Positions 25,506 to 33,882 of a DNA stretch of 64,000 bases are shown one piece after another. The notes below the pieces were generated by a model. The model saw only the letters and a list, made by a program, of their open reading frames with translations. It did no database searches and was not told where the DNA came from. Both the position numbers and the translations under genes were made by a program. Numbering within the stretch: the first letter of the stretch is position 1; each line of letters begins with the position of its first letter. Origin of the DNA: Candidatus Methylomirabilota bacterium (GTDB lineage Bacteria; Methylomirabilota; Methylomirabilia; Rokubacteriales; CSP1-6); the NCBI GenBank assembly GCA_035457825.1, contig DATIAY010000159.1, positions 64,378-128,377 of the forward strand. The letters run 5' to 3'.

Positions 25506-26885
25506 ATGGTGACACGCCCGACGACCACCCGGGAGTTCATGCTGGGCGAGGGGGCGGGCACCGGGGCCCCCCGTCATACGATCCAGGTCGGCGTGGGGCC
25601 CGCTCATCCCGCCATGCACGGGATCATCCGGATCCTGACCGAGCTGGACGGCGAGGTCATCGTCAAGTCCGATGTGGAGATCGGTTATCTGCACCGGGCG
25701 TTCGAGAAGGACTGCGAGGTGGGCGCCTACAACAACGCCATTCCCTACACCGACCGCCTCAACTACGTCTCTCCCCTCATCAACAACTTCGGGTACTGCG
25801 CGGCGGTGGAGAAGCTGCTGGGGATCACCATCACCGAGCGCTGCCAGTACATCCGGGTCATCATGGCCGAGGTTTCGAGGATCTGTGACCACCTCACCTG
25901 CATCGGCGCCTCGGCGATGGAGCTCGGCGCGTTCACGGTCTTCCTCTACATGATCAAGGCGCGCGAGTTCCTGTGGGAGCTGGTAGAGGACGTCACCGGG
26001 GCTCGGCTCACCATCTCCTACGGCCGGGTGGGCGGCGTGAAGGCCGACCTGCCCGACGGCTTCGGGGAGCGGATGCGGGCCGCCTTCAAGCAGGTGCGTG
26101 AGGTGCTAGAAGAGGTCCACCGTCTGCTCACCGGCAACCGCATCTTCATGGACCGCATGGTGGGCGTGGGGGCGCTCTCCCGCGAGGAGACGATCGCCTA
26201 CGCTATCACCGGGCCGCTGCTCCGGGCGACCGGGGTCGCCTACGATGTCCGCCGGGCCCAGCCCTACGACGCCTATGACCGGATCGACTTCGAGATACCG
26301 ACCCAGACGGCCGGCGACAACTATGCCCGCTATCTGGTCCGGATGGCCGAGATGGAGCAGGCCATGCGTATCGCCGAGCAGGGCTTCGACCGGCTGCCGG
26401 GAGGGGCGATCCAGGTAGACTTTGCCGGCCGGCCCGTCGATCCGGCCAGCTACGTTGACCAGGGCAAACAGGGCAAGACGGAGGGGTTGCTGCTCATGCC
26501 CATCGCGCTGTCGCCCAACCTGCGCGGCTCCGAGCGGCCCGCGCACGCCCGGGTGAACGCGGGCGACAAGCGAGTGGTGCTGCCCCCCAAGGAGGCCACC
26601 TACGGCTCCATCGAGGGGCTGATGAACCATTTCATGCTGATCATGGAAGGCTTCGGCATCCGTCCGCCTCAGGGCGAGGCCTACGCCGCCGTCGAGGGCG
26701 CCAACGGTGAGCTCGGGTTTTACGTGGTCTCCGACGGCACGGACCGTCCTTACCGCGTACGCTGCCGGCCGCCGTGCCTGCCCCCGCTGGCCGCGCTGCA
26801 CCGGATGATCGAAGGCCAGATGGTGGCCGATCTGATCCCCACCTTCGGCTCGGTCAACATGATCGGAGGGGAGCTGGACCGGTGA
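25506..26885 (+). CDS. nuoD: NADH-quinone oxidoreductase subunit D
   Basis: GPAHPAMHGIIRILTELDGEVIVKSDVEIGYLHRAFEK, with the C-terminal FGSVNMIGGELDR. Confidence 0.93.
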   Translation: MVTRPTTTREFMLGEGAGTGAPRHTIQVGVGPAHPAMHGIIRILTELDGEVIVKSDVEIGYLHRAFEKDCEVGAYNNAIPYTDRLNYVSPLINNFGYCAAVEKLLGITITERCQYIRVIMAEVSRICDHLTCIGASAMELGAFTVFLYMIKAREFLWELVEDVTGARLTISYGRVGGVKADLPDGFGERMRAAFKQVREVLEEVHRLLTGNRIFMDRMVGVGALSREETIAYAITGPLLRATGVAYDVRRAQPYDAYDRIDFEIPTQTAGDNYARYLVRMAEMEQAMRIAEQGFDRLPGGAIQVDFAGRPVDPASYVDQGKQGKTEGLLLMPIALSPNLRGSERPAHARVNAGDKRVVLPPKEATYGSIEGLMNHFMLIMEGFGIRPPQGEAYAAVEGANGELGFYVVSDGTDRPYRVRCRPPCLPPLAALHRMIEGQMVADLIPTFGSVNMIGGELDR

Positions 26886-26887
26886 GC

Positions 26888-27364
26888 ATGATAGCCCAGA
26901 CTTTTTCGCCCGAGCAGCTGGCCGAGGTCCGACGGCTCCAGGGGCTCTACCCTGACGCCCGTGGCGCGCTGCTGCCCGTGCTGCACATGGCCCAGGAGAC
27001 CTTCGGCCACGTGTCCGCCGAGGTGGAGGAGTACGTGGCGGGACTCTTCGGGCTCAGCCCGGCCCATGTGCACGAGGTCGTGACCTTCTACACCCTCTTC
27101 TTCCGGCGGCCGACGGGACGCCACGTGATCTCGGTCTGCCACAACATCTCCTGCTATCTGGCCGGGGCGCCCCGCATCCTCACCCACCTCAAGCGGCGCC
27201 TGGGGATCGACGTCGGGGAAACGAGCGACGACAGACGGGTGACGCTGCTCAGCGTGGAGTGTCTCTGCGCCTGCGAGCACGCTCCCATGATGCAGGTCGA
27301 CGACCGCTACGAGTTCGACCTCACGCCGGAACGCGTGGACCGGATCCTAGCGAGGCTGCGGTGA
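26888..27364 (+). CDS. nuoE: NADH-quinone oxidoreductase subunit E
   Basis: Thioredoxin-like 2Fe-2S subunit with VCHNISC...ECLCACEHAPMM. The alternative GTG at 26882 overlaps the nuoD stop. Confidence 0.9.
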   Translation: MIAQTFSPEQLAEVRRLQGLYPDARGALLPVLHMAQETFGHVSAEVEEYVAGLFGLSPAHVHEVVTFYTLFFRRPTGRHVISVCHNISCYLAGAPRILTHLKRRLGIDVGETSDDRRVTLLSVECLCACEHAPMMQVDDRYEFDLTPERVDRILARLR

Positions 27365-28587
27365 CCGGAGAAAAGCTGCTGACCCGCAGCTTCGCCCGGC
27401 CCGACTCGCACACCCTGACAGCCTATCGCGAGGGCGGCGGCTACACGGCGTGGCCGAGGGCCCAGGCAATGGAGCCGGCGGCCATCACCGAGGAGGTGAA
27501 GAAGTCGAACCTCCGCGGGCTGGGGGGCGCGGGCTTCCCCACCGGGGTGAAGTGGTCGTTCATCCCCAAGACCCACGCCGGGCCCGTGTATCTCGTCATC
27601 AACGCCGACGAGGGCGAGCCGGGAACCTTCAAGGATCGGTACCTCCTGGAGCGCGATCCTCACGCCCTCATCGAGGGCATGCTCATCGCGGCGCGGGCCG
27701 TCCGCTCGGCGACGGCGTTCGTCTACATCAGGGGCGAATATGTAGAGCCCTGGCGTCGCTTCTCCAGCGCGGTGCGGGAAGCCTACGACGCTGGCTTTCT
27801 GGGGAAAGGCTTCGACGTGGTCGTCCACCGGGGCGCGGGCGCCTACATCTGCGGCGAGGAGACGGGGCTCATCTCCTCGCTCGAAGGCAAGAAGGGCTGG
27901 CCCAAGCTCAAGCCCCCGTTCCCGGCCATCAAGGGCGCCTTCGGGGCTCCGACGATCGTCAACAACGTGGAGACGATCTGCCACCTGCCTCACATTATCA
28001 ACCGGGGCGGTGAGTGGTTCGCCGGCCTGGGCACCAAGACCCAGGGCGGCACGCGCATGTACTCGGTGTCGGGTCGGGTCAAGCGGCCTGCGGTGTACGA
28101 GGCCTCGGTCGCCATCACCCTGCGACAGCTCATCTTCGAGCTGGCCGGGGGCGTGACCGGCAACGGCCGGCTCAAGGCCGTCGTGCCCGGTGGCTCCTCG
28201 GCGGCGATCCTCCGGGCCGACGAGATCGACGTCACCATGGATGTGGATGGGCTCCGCAACGCGGGGACCATGGCCGGCTCGGCAGGCGTCATCGTGATGG
28301 ACGAGACGGTGTCCATCCCCGAAGCCCTCATGGTAGTGGCCCGCTTTTACGCGCACGAAAGCTGCGGACAGTGCACGCCGTGCCGCGAGTCCACCGGCTG
28401 GATCTACCGGATGACGGAGCGTATCGTCGAAGGACGGGGTCGCAAGCAGGATCTCGACACCATCCTCGACGTGGCCCGCCGGGGCGCCGGAACCACCATC
28501 TGCGCCTTCTACGACGGCGCCGTGGGACCGTACATCTCGTATATCGAGAAGTTCCGGGACGAATTCGAGGCTCTGATCCCGAAATGA
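27361..28587 (+). CDS. nuoF: NADH-quinone oxidoreductase subunit F
   Basis: LRGLGGAGFPTGVKW, GAGAYICGEETGLISSLEG and ESCGQCTPCREST motifs. GTGA overlap with nuoE. Confidence 0.93.
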   Translation: MTGEKLLTRSFARPDSHTLTAYREGGGYTAWPRAQAMEPAAITEEVKKSNLRGLGGAGFPTGVKWSFIPKTHAGPVYLVINADEGEPGTFKDRYLLERDPHALIEGMLIAARAVRSATAFVYIRGEYVEPWRRFSSAVREAYDAGFLGKGFDVVVHRGAGAYICGEETGLISSLEGKKGWPKLKPPFPAIKGAFGAPTIVNNVETICHLPHIINRGGEWFAGLGTKTQGGTRMYSVSGRVKRPAVYEASVAITLRQLIFELAGGVTGNGRLKAVVPGGSSAAILRADEIDVTMDVDGLRNAGTMAGSAGVIVMDETVSIPEALMVVARFYAHESCGQCTPCRESTGWIYRMTERIVEGRGRKQDLDTILDVARRGAGTTICAFYDGAVGPYISYIEKFRDEFEALIPK

Positions 28588-28688
28588 CGGACGCTACAAC
28601 TCAAACCGGGCGACGGATCAACCCACCAACCGTGGTTGCGAGGGGGCATGGGCGTGGCGAAGCCCGGGTACCCATGCCCTGTACATAG
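28584..28688 (+). CDS. Possible 34-codon bridging sORF between nuoF and nuoG (MTDATTQTGRRINPPTVVARGHGRGEARVPMPCT)
   Basis: The ATG overlaps the nuoF stop (ATGA). The TAG at 28686-28688 directly abuts the nuoG ATG at 28689. There is no homology evidence, and an open frame of this length is not improbable in GC-rich DNA. Confidence 0.2.
   Translation: MTDATTQTGRRINPPTVVARGHGRGEARVPMPCT
28642..28680 (+). other. GC-rich stem-loop in the nuoF-nuoG gap (hairpin family 3)
   Basis: GGGCATGGG (28644-28652) pairs with CCCATGCCC (28671-28679), with an inner GGC-GAA-GCC helix. The same stem sequence occurs at 47984-48017. Confidence 0.5.
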
Positions 28689-30344
28689 ATGCCCAAGCTC
28701 ACGATCAACGGTCAACCCGTCGAGGTCGCGCCCGGCACCAACTTGATCGAAGCTGCCCGGGCGATCGGAGTGGAGATCCCACACTACTGCTACCACCCCG
28801 GACTCTCGATCGCCGGCCAGTGTCGGTTGTGTATGGTGGACATCGAGAAGGCGCCGCGGCCCACCATCGCCTGCAACACCGTGGCCACGGAGGGCATGGT
28901 TGTCATGACGGAGACCCCGCGCGTGCAGGATACGCGGCGGTCCATCATGGAGTTCCACCTCATCAACCACCCCCTCGATTGCCCCGTGTGCGACCAGGCG
29001 GGCGAGTGCTGGCTGCAGATCTACTACATGAAGCACGGCCTCTACGATCCCCGCATGGTCGATGAGAAGGTGCACAAGCCCAAGGCCGTGCCCCTGGGCC
29101 AGCACGTCATACTCGACGCCGAGCGCTGCATTCTCTGCTCGCGGTGCGTCCGCTTCTGCGACGAGGTGACGGGGACGGGTGAGCTGGGGATTTTCGACCG
29201 GGGCGACCATTCCGAGGTGGGGCTGTTCCCGGGCCGGCCGCTCGACAACAAGTACACCGGCAACCTCAATGACATCTGCCCGGTCGGCGCCCTCACCGAC
29301 CGGGACTTCCGCTTCCGGGTTCGGGTCTGGTACCTCGACACCACCAAGTCGATCTGTCCCGGGTGCGCGCGTGGCTGCAACATCGAGGTCCACGCCAATC
29401 GGCGGCGGCCTCACCATGACCAGGGCCGTCGGGTGGCGCGGCTCAAGCCACGCTTCAACGCCGAGGTCAACCGCTGGTGGATCTGTGATGCCGGCCGCTA
29501 CGGCTTCGGATTCGTCGACGACCCGAGCCGCGTGTCGACGCCCCTGCGCCGGGAACGGACGGGCCAGGCGCCCGCCACCTGGGACGCGGCGGTGGCCGCC
29601 GTGGCCGACGCCCTGACCCGCCACAGTCCGGATCAGATCGGGGTGATCGCATCGCCCCGGATGGCCAACGAGGACCTGTTCGCGCTGCGGCACCTGGTGA
29701 AGCGCCGCGGCATCAGCCAGGCGGGCTTCGCGGTGCCGCCGCGGATTCCCGGCGACGAGGACAATCTGCTCATCCGGGCCGACAAGAACCCCAATACCCG
29801 CGGCGCCGAGCTGGTGGGGCTGCAGGGTGACGTGCCCGCCTTGCTGCAGGCCGCGCGAGGTGGCCGGCTCCGCTGTCTGTGGGTGTTCGACCACGACCTC
29901 TTCGAGAGCGCGTGGTCCGAGGCCGAGGTGCGGACGGCGCTGACCGCGGTGCCCATGCTCATCTGGAGCGGGACCAACGCCAACGCCACCAGCACGCTGG
30001 CCCACTGGGTCCTGCCCTCGGCCGCCTGGGTGGAGCGGGAGGGGACCTTCACGAACTTCCAGGGCCGGGTCCAGCGCTTTCGCGCCGCGGTCCCACCGCT
30101 CGGGGAGGCGAGGCCGGACTGGGAGGTCATCGGCCAGGTACTGGAGGCGCTGGGTGAGACTGTCGGCTCCCGCCGGGCCGAACACTGGTTCAGGGCCCTG
30201 GGCGCGGCGGTACCGGCTTTCGCCGGCCTGACCTACCAGAACGTCGGGGATCAAGGAAGGCTGGTTCGAGCGCGGGCTGTGCCCGCGCAACTAATCCTGG
30301 GGGCGGTTTCGGAGGGGGCCGTCGAGGCCCCCTCCGAAGAATAA
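28689..30344 (+). CDS. nuoG: NADH-quinone oxidoreductase subunit G (short form, 551 aa)
   Basis: N-terminal 2Fe-2S/4Fe-4S motifs (CYHPGLSIAGQCRLC, HPLDCPVCDQAGEC, CILCSRCVRFC), a CPGCARGC (N7-like) motif and part of the molybdopterin-like domain. The last ~28 codons lie in repeat family 1, copy B. Confidence 0.88.
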   Translation: MPKLTINGQPVEVAPGTNLIEAARAIGVEIPHYCYHPGLSIAGQCRLCMVDIEKAPRPTIACNTVATEGMVVMTETPRVQDTRRSIMEFHLINHPLDCPVCDQAGECWLQIYYMKHGLYDPRMVDEKVHKPKAVPLGQHVILDAERCILCSRCVRFCDEVTGTGELGIFDRGDHSEVGLFPGRPLDNKYTGNLNDICPVGALTDRDFRFRVRVWYLDTTKSICPGCARGCNIEVHANRRRPHHDQGRRVARLKPRFNAEVNRWWICDAGRYGFGFVDDPSRVSTPLRRERTGQAPATWDAAVAAVADALTRHSPDQIGVIASPRMANEDLFALRHLVKRRGISQAGFAVPPRIPGDEDNLLIRADKNPNTRGAELVGLQGDVPALLQAARGGRLRCLWVFDHDLFESAWSEAEVRTALTAVPMLIWSGTNANATSTLAHWVLPSAAWVEREGTFTNFQGRVQRFRAAVPPLGEARPDWEVIGQVLEALGETVGSRRAEHWFRALGAAVPAFAGLTYQNVGDQGRLVRARAVPAQLILGAVSEGAVEAPSEE

Positions 30345-30346
30345 GC
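30262..30346 (+). repeat. Double-hairpin dispersed repeat, family 1, copy B
   Basis: TGGTTCGAGCGCGGGCTGTGCCCGCGCA (hairpin 1) ... CGGAGGGGGCCGTCGAGGCCCCCTCCGAAGAATAAGC (hairpin 2). It overlaps the nuoG 3' end and supplies its TAA stop. Confidence 0.7.
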
Positions 30347-30349
30347 GCC

Positions 30350-31432
30350 GTGGCCGATCTCGGCATCGCCTTCGGGCGCGTGGCCTTCGTGATGTTGTTC
30401 GTCCTTAACGTGGGCGGTCTCCTCACCTGGGTCGAGCGCAAGCAGTCGGCGATCATGCAGGATCGCATCGGAGCCAACCGAGCCTCGATCCTCGGGGTCC
30501 GGCTGATGGGACTGTTCCATCCTCTGGCCGACGCCATCAAGATGCTGACCAAGGAGGACTTCCGACCCGCCCGCGCGGATCGGCTGCTCTTCGAGCTGGC
30601 GCCCTTCGTATCGGTGTTCTTTGCCCTGGTGGCCTTCGCCTCCATCCCCTTCGGGGACACCCTGCGCATCGGCGGGCGCGAGATCACCCTGCAGGCGGTC
30701 ACGCTGAACGTGGGAATCCTCTACGTGTTTGGAATGCTCTCCCTCGGTGTCTACGGCGTCATGATGGCCGGCTGGGCCTCGGCCAACAACTACGCTCTGC
30801 TGGGTGGCCAGCGGGCGGCCGCCCTGATGATCTCAGCCGAAATCACCATCGGCGCCTCGATCATGGGCGTGATCATGGTGTACGGCTCCCTGAACATGCA
30901 GGAGATCGTGCGCGGGCAAGGCGAGCTGCTCTGGGGCGTCCTTCCCAAGTGGGGCCTGGTGACCCAGCCGCTCGCGTTCCTGCTCTTCCTCACGGCTGGC
31001 ATCGCGGCGACCCGCCGGATCCCCTTCGACACCCCGGAGAGCGAGTCCGAGATCATCGGCTACTTCGTCGAGTACAGCGGCATGAAGTTCGGCATGTTCG
31101 CCATGGCCGATTTTCTCGAGACGGTGGTCATCGCGGGCATGACCACCACGCTGTTCCTCGGCGGCTGGCAGGTGCCCTACCTCCAGGCCGGAGGGTTCCA
31201 CCTTCCCGGGGGGGCTACGCTGGCCCTGCCCCACCTCGTGGTGGTGCTGCTGCAGGTGGGCGCGTTCATGGGCAAGGTGGGCCTGATGATCTTCCTGCTC
31301 ATGCTCATCCGCTGGACGCTCCCGCGCTTCCGCTACGACCAGGCGATGCGCCTGGGGTGGCTGGGCCTCTTCCCGCTCTGCATCCTCAACATCGTGCTCA
31401 CCGGCCTCGTCCTGCTAGCCTGGAGGGGATGA
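30350..31432 (+). CDS. nuoH: NADH-quinone oxidoreductase subunit H
   Basis: 360 aa polytopic protein with VERKQSAIMQDRIGANR, PFDTPESESEIIGYFVEYSG and LPRFRYDQ motifs. Confidence 0.93.
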   Translation: MADLGIAFGRVAFVMLFVLNVGGLLTWVERKQSAIMQDRIGANRASILGVRLMGLFHPLADAIKMLTKEDFRPARADRLLFELAPFVSVFFALVAFASIPFGDTLRIGGREITLQAVTLNVGILYVFGMLSLGVYGVMMAGWASANNYALLGGQRAAALMISAEITIGASIMGVIMVYGSLNMQEIVRGQGELLWGVLPKWGLVTQPLAFLLFLTAGIAATRRIPFDTPESESEIIGYFVEYSGMKFGMFAMADFLETVVIAGMTTTLFLGGWQVPYLQAGGFHLPGGATLALPHLVVVLLQVGAFMGKVGLMIFLLMLIRWTLPRFRYDQAMRLGWLGLFPLCILNIVLTGLVLLAWRG

Positions 31433-31447
31433 GAATTCGGAGTCGAG

Positions 31448-31543
31448 ATGAAAAATCGGTCTAGGCGAACGCAGCCACACCCACCTGGGGCAGGCCACCC
31501 TCGGTCTGAACCGAGCAGGCCGACCCCGCTACAACAATCATGA
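31448..31543 (+). CDS. Possible 31-codon bridging sORF between nuoH and nuoI ([31 protein letters not shown])
   Basis: GGAG lies 5 nt upstream of the ATG at 31448. Its TGA (31541-31543) overlaps the nuoI ATG (31540-31542). nuoI itself has no SD. No homology evidence. Confidence 0.2.
   Translation: MKNRSRRTQPHPPGAGHPRSEPSRPTPLQQS
31467..31536 (+). repeat. Dispersed repeat family 2, copy X1
   Basis: gaacgcagccacacccacctggggcaggccaccctcg...ccgctacaaca, 70 nt. Contains the hairpin CTCGGT-ctga-ACCGAG (31500-31515). It fills the abnormal 107-nt nuoH-nuoI gap. Confidence 0.65.
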
Positions 31544-32079
31544 AACTGCGCCAGCGCTTCTACGTGCTCGAGGTCCTGTCGGGGCTCGCCCTGACCGCCG
31601 ATCACTTCTTCCGCAACCTCGGCGCCCACCTCGCGCGGGCGCTGGGACGCCGGAGCGCCCGCGGCGCCGTGACCATCCAGTACCCGGAGGAGCGGCGGCC
31701 GTACTCACCCCGGCTGCGAACGCTGCACCGGCTGGTGCGCCGGGCCGATGGCTCTCCCCGCTGTGTGGCCTGCATGATGTGCGAGACCGTGTGCCCGGCC
31801 CGCTGCATCTACATCGTGGCCGACGAGCATCCGAATCCGGAGATCGAGAAGGTTCCCGCTCGCTTCGACATCGACCTGGGCAAATGCGTCTTTTGTGGAT
31901 ACTGTGTGGAAGCGTGCCCGGAGGACGCGATCCGAATGGACACCGGCATTCTCGAGTTCTCCTCCTACAGCCGAGCCGGCATGATCTACACCATGGAGAC
32001 GCTGCTGGCACTGGAGCCGGCCGGGACCGACGGCCGGCCCACGTCGCCGGTGCCGATCCCCGCGGAACGGAAGCCGTGA
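31540..32079 (+). CDS. nuoI: NADH-quinone oxidoreductase subunit I
   Basis: Two 4Fe-4S ferredoxin motifs: [12 protein letters not shown] and [12 protein letters not shown]. Confidence 0.92.
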   Translation: MKLRQRFYVLEVLSGLALTADHFFRNLGAHLARALGRRSARGAVTIQYPEERRPYSPRLRTLHRLVRRADGSPRCVACMMCETVCPARCIYIVADEHPNPEIEKVPARFDIDLGKCVFCGYCVEACPEDAIRMDTGILEFSSYSRAGMIYTMETLLALEPAGTDGRPTSPVPIPAERKP

Positions 32080-32567
32080 TGGCCCTGATCGCATTCGTGG
32101 TCATCGCGGGGATCGCCGTGGGCTCGGCGCTGGGACTGCTCCTGAGGCGCAATCCGATCCATGGCGCGCTGTTCCTGGTCGTCAACCTCGGCAGCATCGC
32201 CGCCCTCTACCTCATGATGGGCTACGAGTTCCTGGCCTTCGCCCAGGTCATCGTGTACGCCGGCGCAATCATGGTGCTGTTTCTGTTCGCCATCTTCGTG
32301 CTCATCCCCGGCAAGGAGGAGACGGGGCCCGACCCCCGCCGGACCTGGCGGCTGCTGGCGGTGCCCCTGGGGGTCATCCTGCTCGTCGAGCTGACCCTGG
32401 TCGTCGTCGTGCGCAGCGCGGCGCCCGTCCCTCCGCCGCCGTCGCTGGGCTTCCAGGCCAGCATGGCCATTCTCTTCACCGACTATCTGTTTCCGTTCGA
32501 GCTCACCTCGGTGCTGCTCCTGGCGGCGATGATCGGCGTGCTGCTGCTGGCGAGGCGGCGGGCGTGA
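32079..32567 (+). CDS. nuoJ: NADH-quinone oxidoreductase subunit J (copy 2)
   Basis: [37 protein letters not shown]...[16 protein letters not shown]. The ATG shares one base (32079) with the nuoI stop codon. Confidence 0.9.
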   Translation: MALIAFVVIAGIAVGSALGLLLRRNPIHGALFLVVNLGSIAALYLMMGYEFLAFAQVIVYAGAIMVLFLFAIFVLIPGKEETGPDPRRTWRLLAVPLGVILLVELTLVVVVRSAAPVPPPPSLGFQASMAILFTDYLFPFELTSVLLLAAMIGVLLLARRRA

Positions 32568-32866
32568 TCCCCGACACTTATTATCTGGCGCTGTCGGCGG
32601 TGCTCTTCACGCTGGGCATCGTGGGCGTGGTCATCCGCCGGAACCCTCTGGTGATCTTCATGTCGATCGAGCTGGCTCTAAACGCCGCCAACCTCGCGCT
32701 GGTGGCCTTCGGCCAGCGCTGGGGAACTCCCCAGGGTCAGACGCTGGTGCTATTCGTGATGGCGGTGGCCGCGGCCGAAGTCGCGGTCGGCCTGGCGATC
32801 ATCGTGGCGATCTTTCGCGTGCGTCATCGCCTCAGCATCGACGACCTCAGCCTGATGCGCTGGTGA
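32564..32866 (+). CDS. nuoK: NADH-quinone oxidoreductase subunit K (copy 2)
   Basis: 100 aa with [10 protein letters not shown] and AIFRVR motifs. Divergent paralog of the copy at 28-333. Confidence 0.9.
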   Translation: MIPDTYYLALSAVLFTLGIVGVVIRRNPLVIFMSIELALNAANLALVAFGQRWGTPQGQTLVLFVMAVAAAEVAVGLAIIVAIFRVRHRLSIDDLSLMRW

Positions 32867-32886
32867 TTCGAGCGGATGGAGGAGAC

Positions 32887-33882
32887 ATGCCCCAGAAGAA
32901 GCCGACCCTGAGCATCGACGCCGACCTGGCCCGCCGGCTCCTCGGCGACATGGTGCTGATTCGTCGGTTCGAGGAGAAGGCCGCCGAAGGCTATGCGCTG
33001 GGCAAGATCGGCGGCTTTCTGCACCTGTACATCGGGGAGGAAGCCGTAGCGGTGGGGGCGACCTCGGCGCTGCGGCCCGACGACTACGCCATCGCCGCCT
33101 ATCGGGAGCATGGGCACTGCCTGGCCAAGGGGTCCGACCCCCGCCGGGTCATGGCCGAGCTCTACGGGCGCCGGGACGGGCTCTGCAAGGGCAAGGGCGG
33201 CTCCATGCATCTCTTCGACGCCAGCGTGAACTTCCTGGGGGGCCACGCCATCGTGGGCGCCCACCTGCCGCTGGCGGCCGGGGTCGGGTTCGCCATCAAA
33301 TACCGGGCCACCGATCAGGTCATCGTCTGTTACTTCGGCGAGGGGTCGGTGCCGCAGGGCGAGTTCCACGAGGCCATGAACCTCTCGGCTCTGTGGAAGC
33401 TGCCGGTGATCTGGCTGTGCGAGAACAATCGCTATGCCATGGGGACCGCGGTGGACCGGGCCCTGGCCCAGACCGAGATCTGGAAGTACGGCCAGGTCTA
33501 CGGCATTCCCAGCGAGTCGGTGGACGGCATGGACGTGCTGGCCATCCGTGACGTGGTGGCCCGGGCCGTGGCGCGGGCGCGGACGGACAAGACGCCGTCG
33601 CTCATCGAGGCCCGCACCTACCGCTTCCGTGGCCACTCCATGCGGGACCCCGCCGGCGCCGTCTACCGCAGCAAGGAGGAGGTCGAGCGCGAGAAGCAGC
33701 GCGATCCCATCGTCCTGTTCCGCCAGCGCGTGCAGGAGGCTGGCCTCCTCAGCGAAGCCGACGTGCGGGCCATCGAAAAAGACGTCAACGATCGCATCGA
33801 TGACGCCACGACGTTCGCCGACGCCTCCCCCGAGCCGCCGCTGGAGTCGCTCCTGACCGACGTCTACCGGGACGGCTCCTGA
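32887..33882 (+). CDS. pdhA: Pyruvate (2-oxoacid) dehydrogenase E1 component, alpha subunit
   Basis: MVLIRRFEEKAAEGYALGKIGGFLHLYIGEEAVAVG, and RFRGHSMRDP (the TPP-dependent E1-alpha phospho-loop region). GGAGGAG RBS. Confidence 0.88.
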   Translation: MPQKKPTLSIDADLARRLLGDMVLIRRFEEKAAEGYALGKIGGFLHLYIGEEAVAVGATSALRPDDYAIAAYREHGHCLAKGSDPRRVMAELYGRRDGLCKGKGGSMHLFDASVNFLGGHAIVGAHLPLAAGVGFAIKYRATDQVIVCYFGEGSVPQGEFHEAMNLSALWKLPVIWLCENNRYAMGTAVDRALAQTEIWKYGQVYGIPSESVDGMDVLAIRDVVARAVARARTDKTPSLIEARTYRFRGHSMRDPAGAVYRSKEEVEREKQRDPIVLFRQRVQEAGLLSEADVRAIEKDVNDRIDDATTFADASPEPPLESLLTDVYRDGS

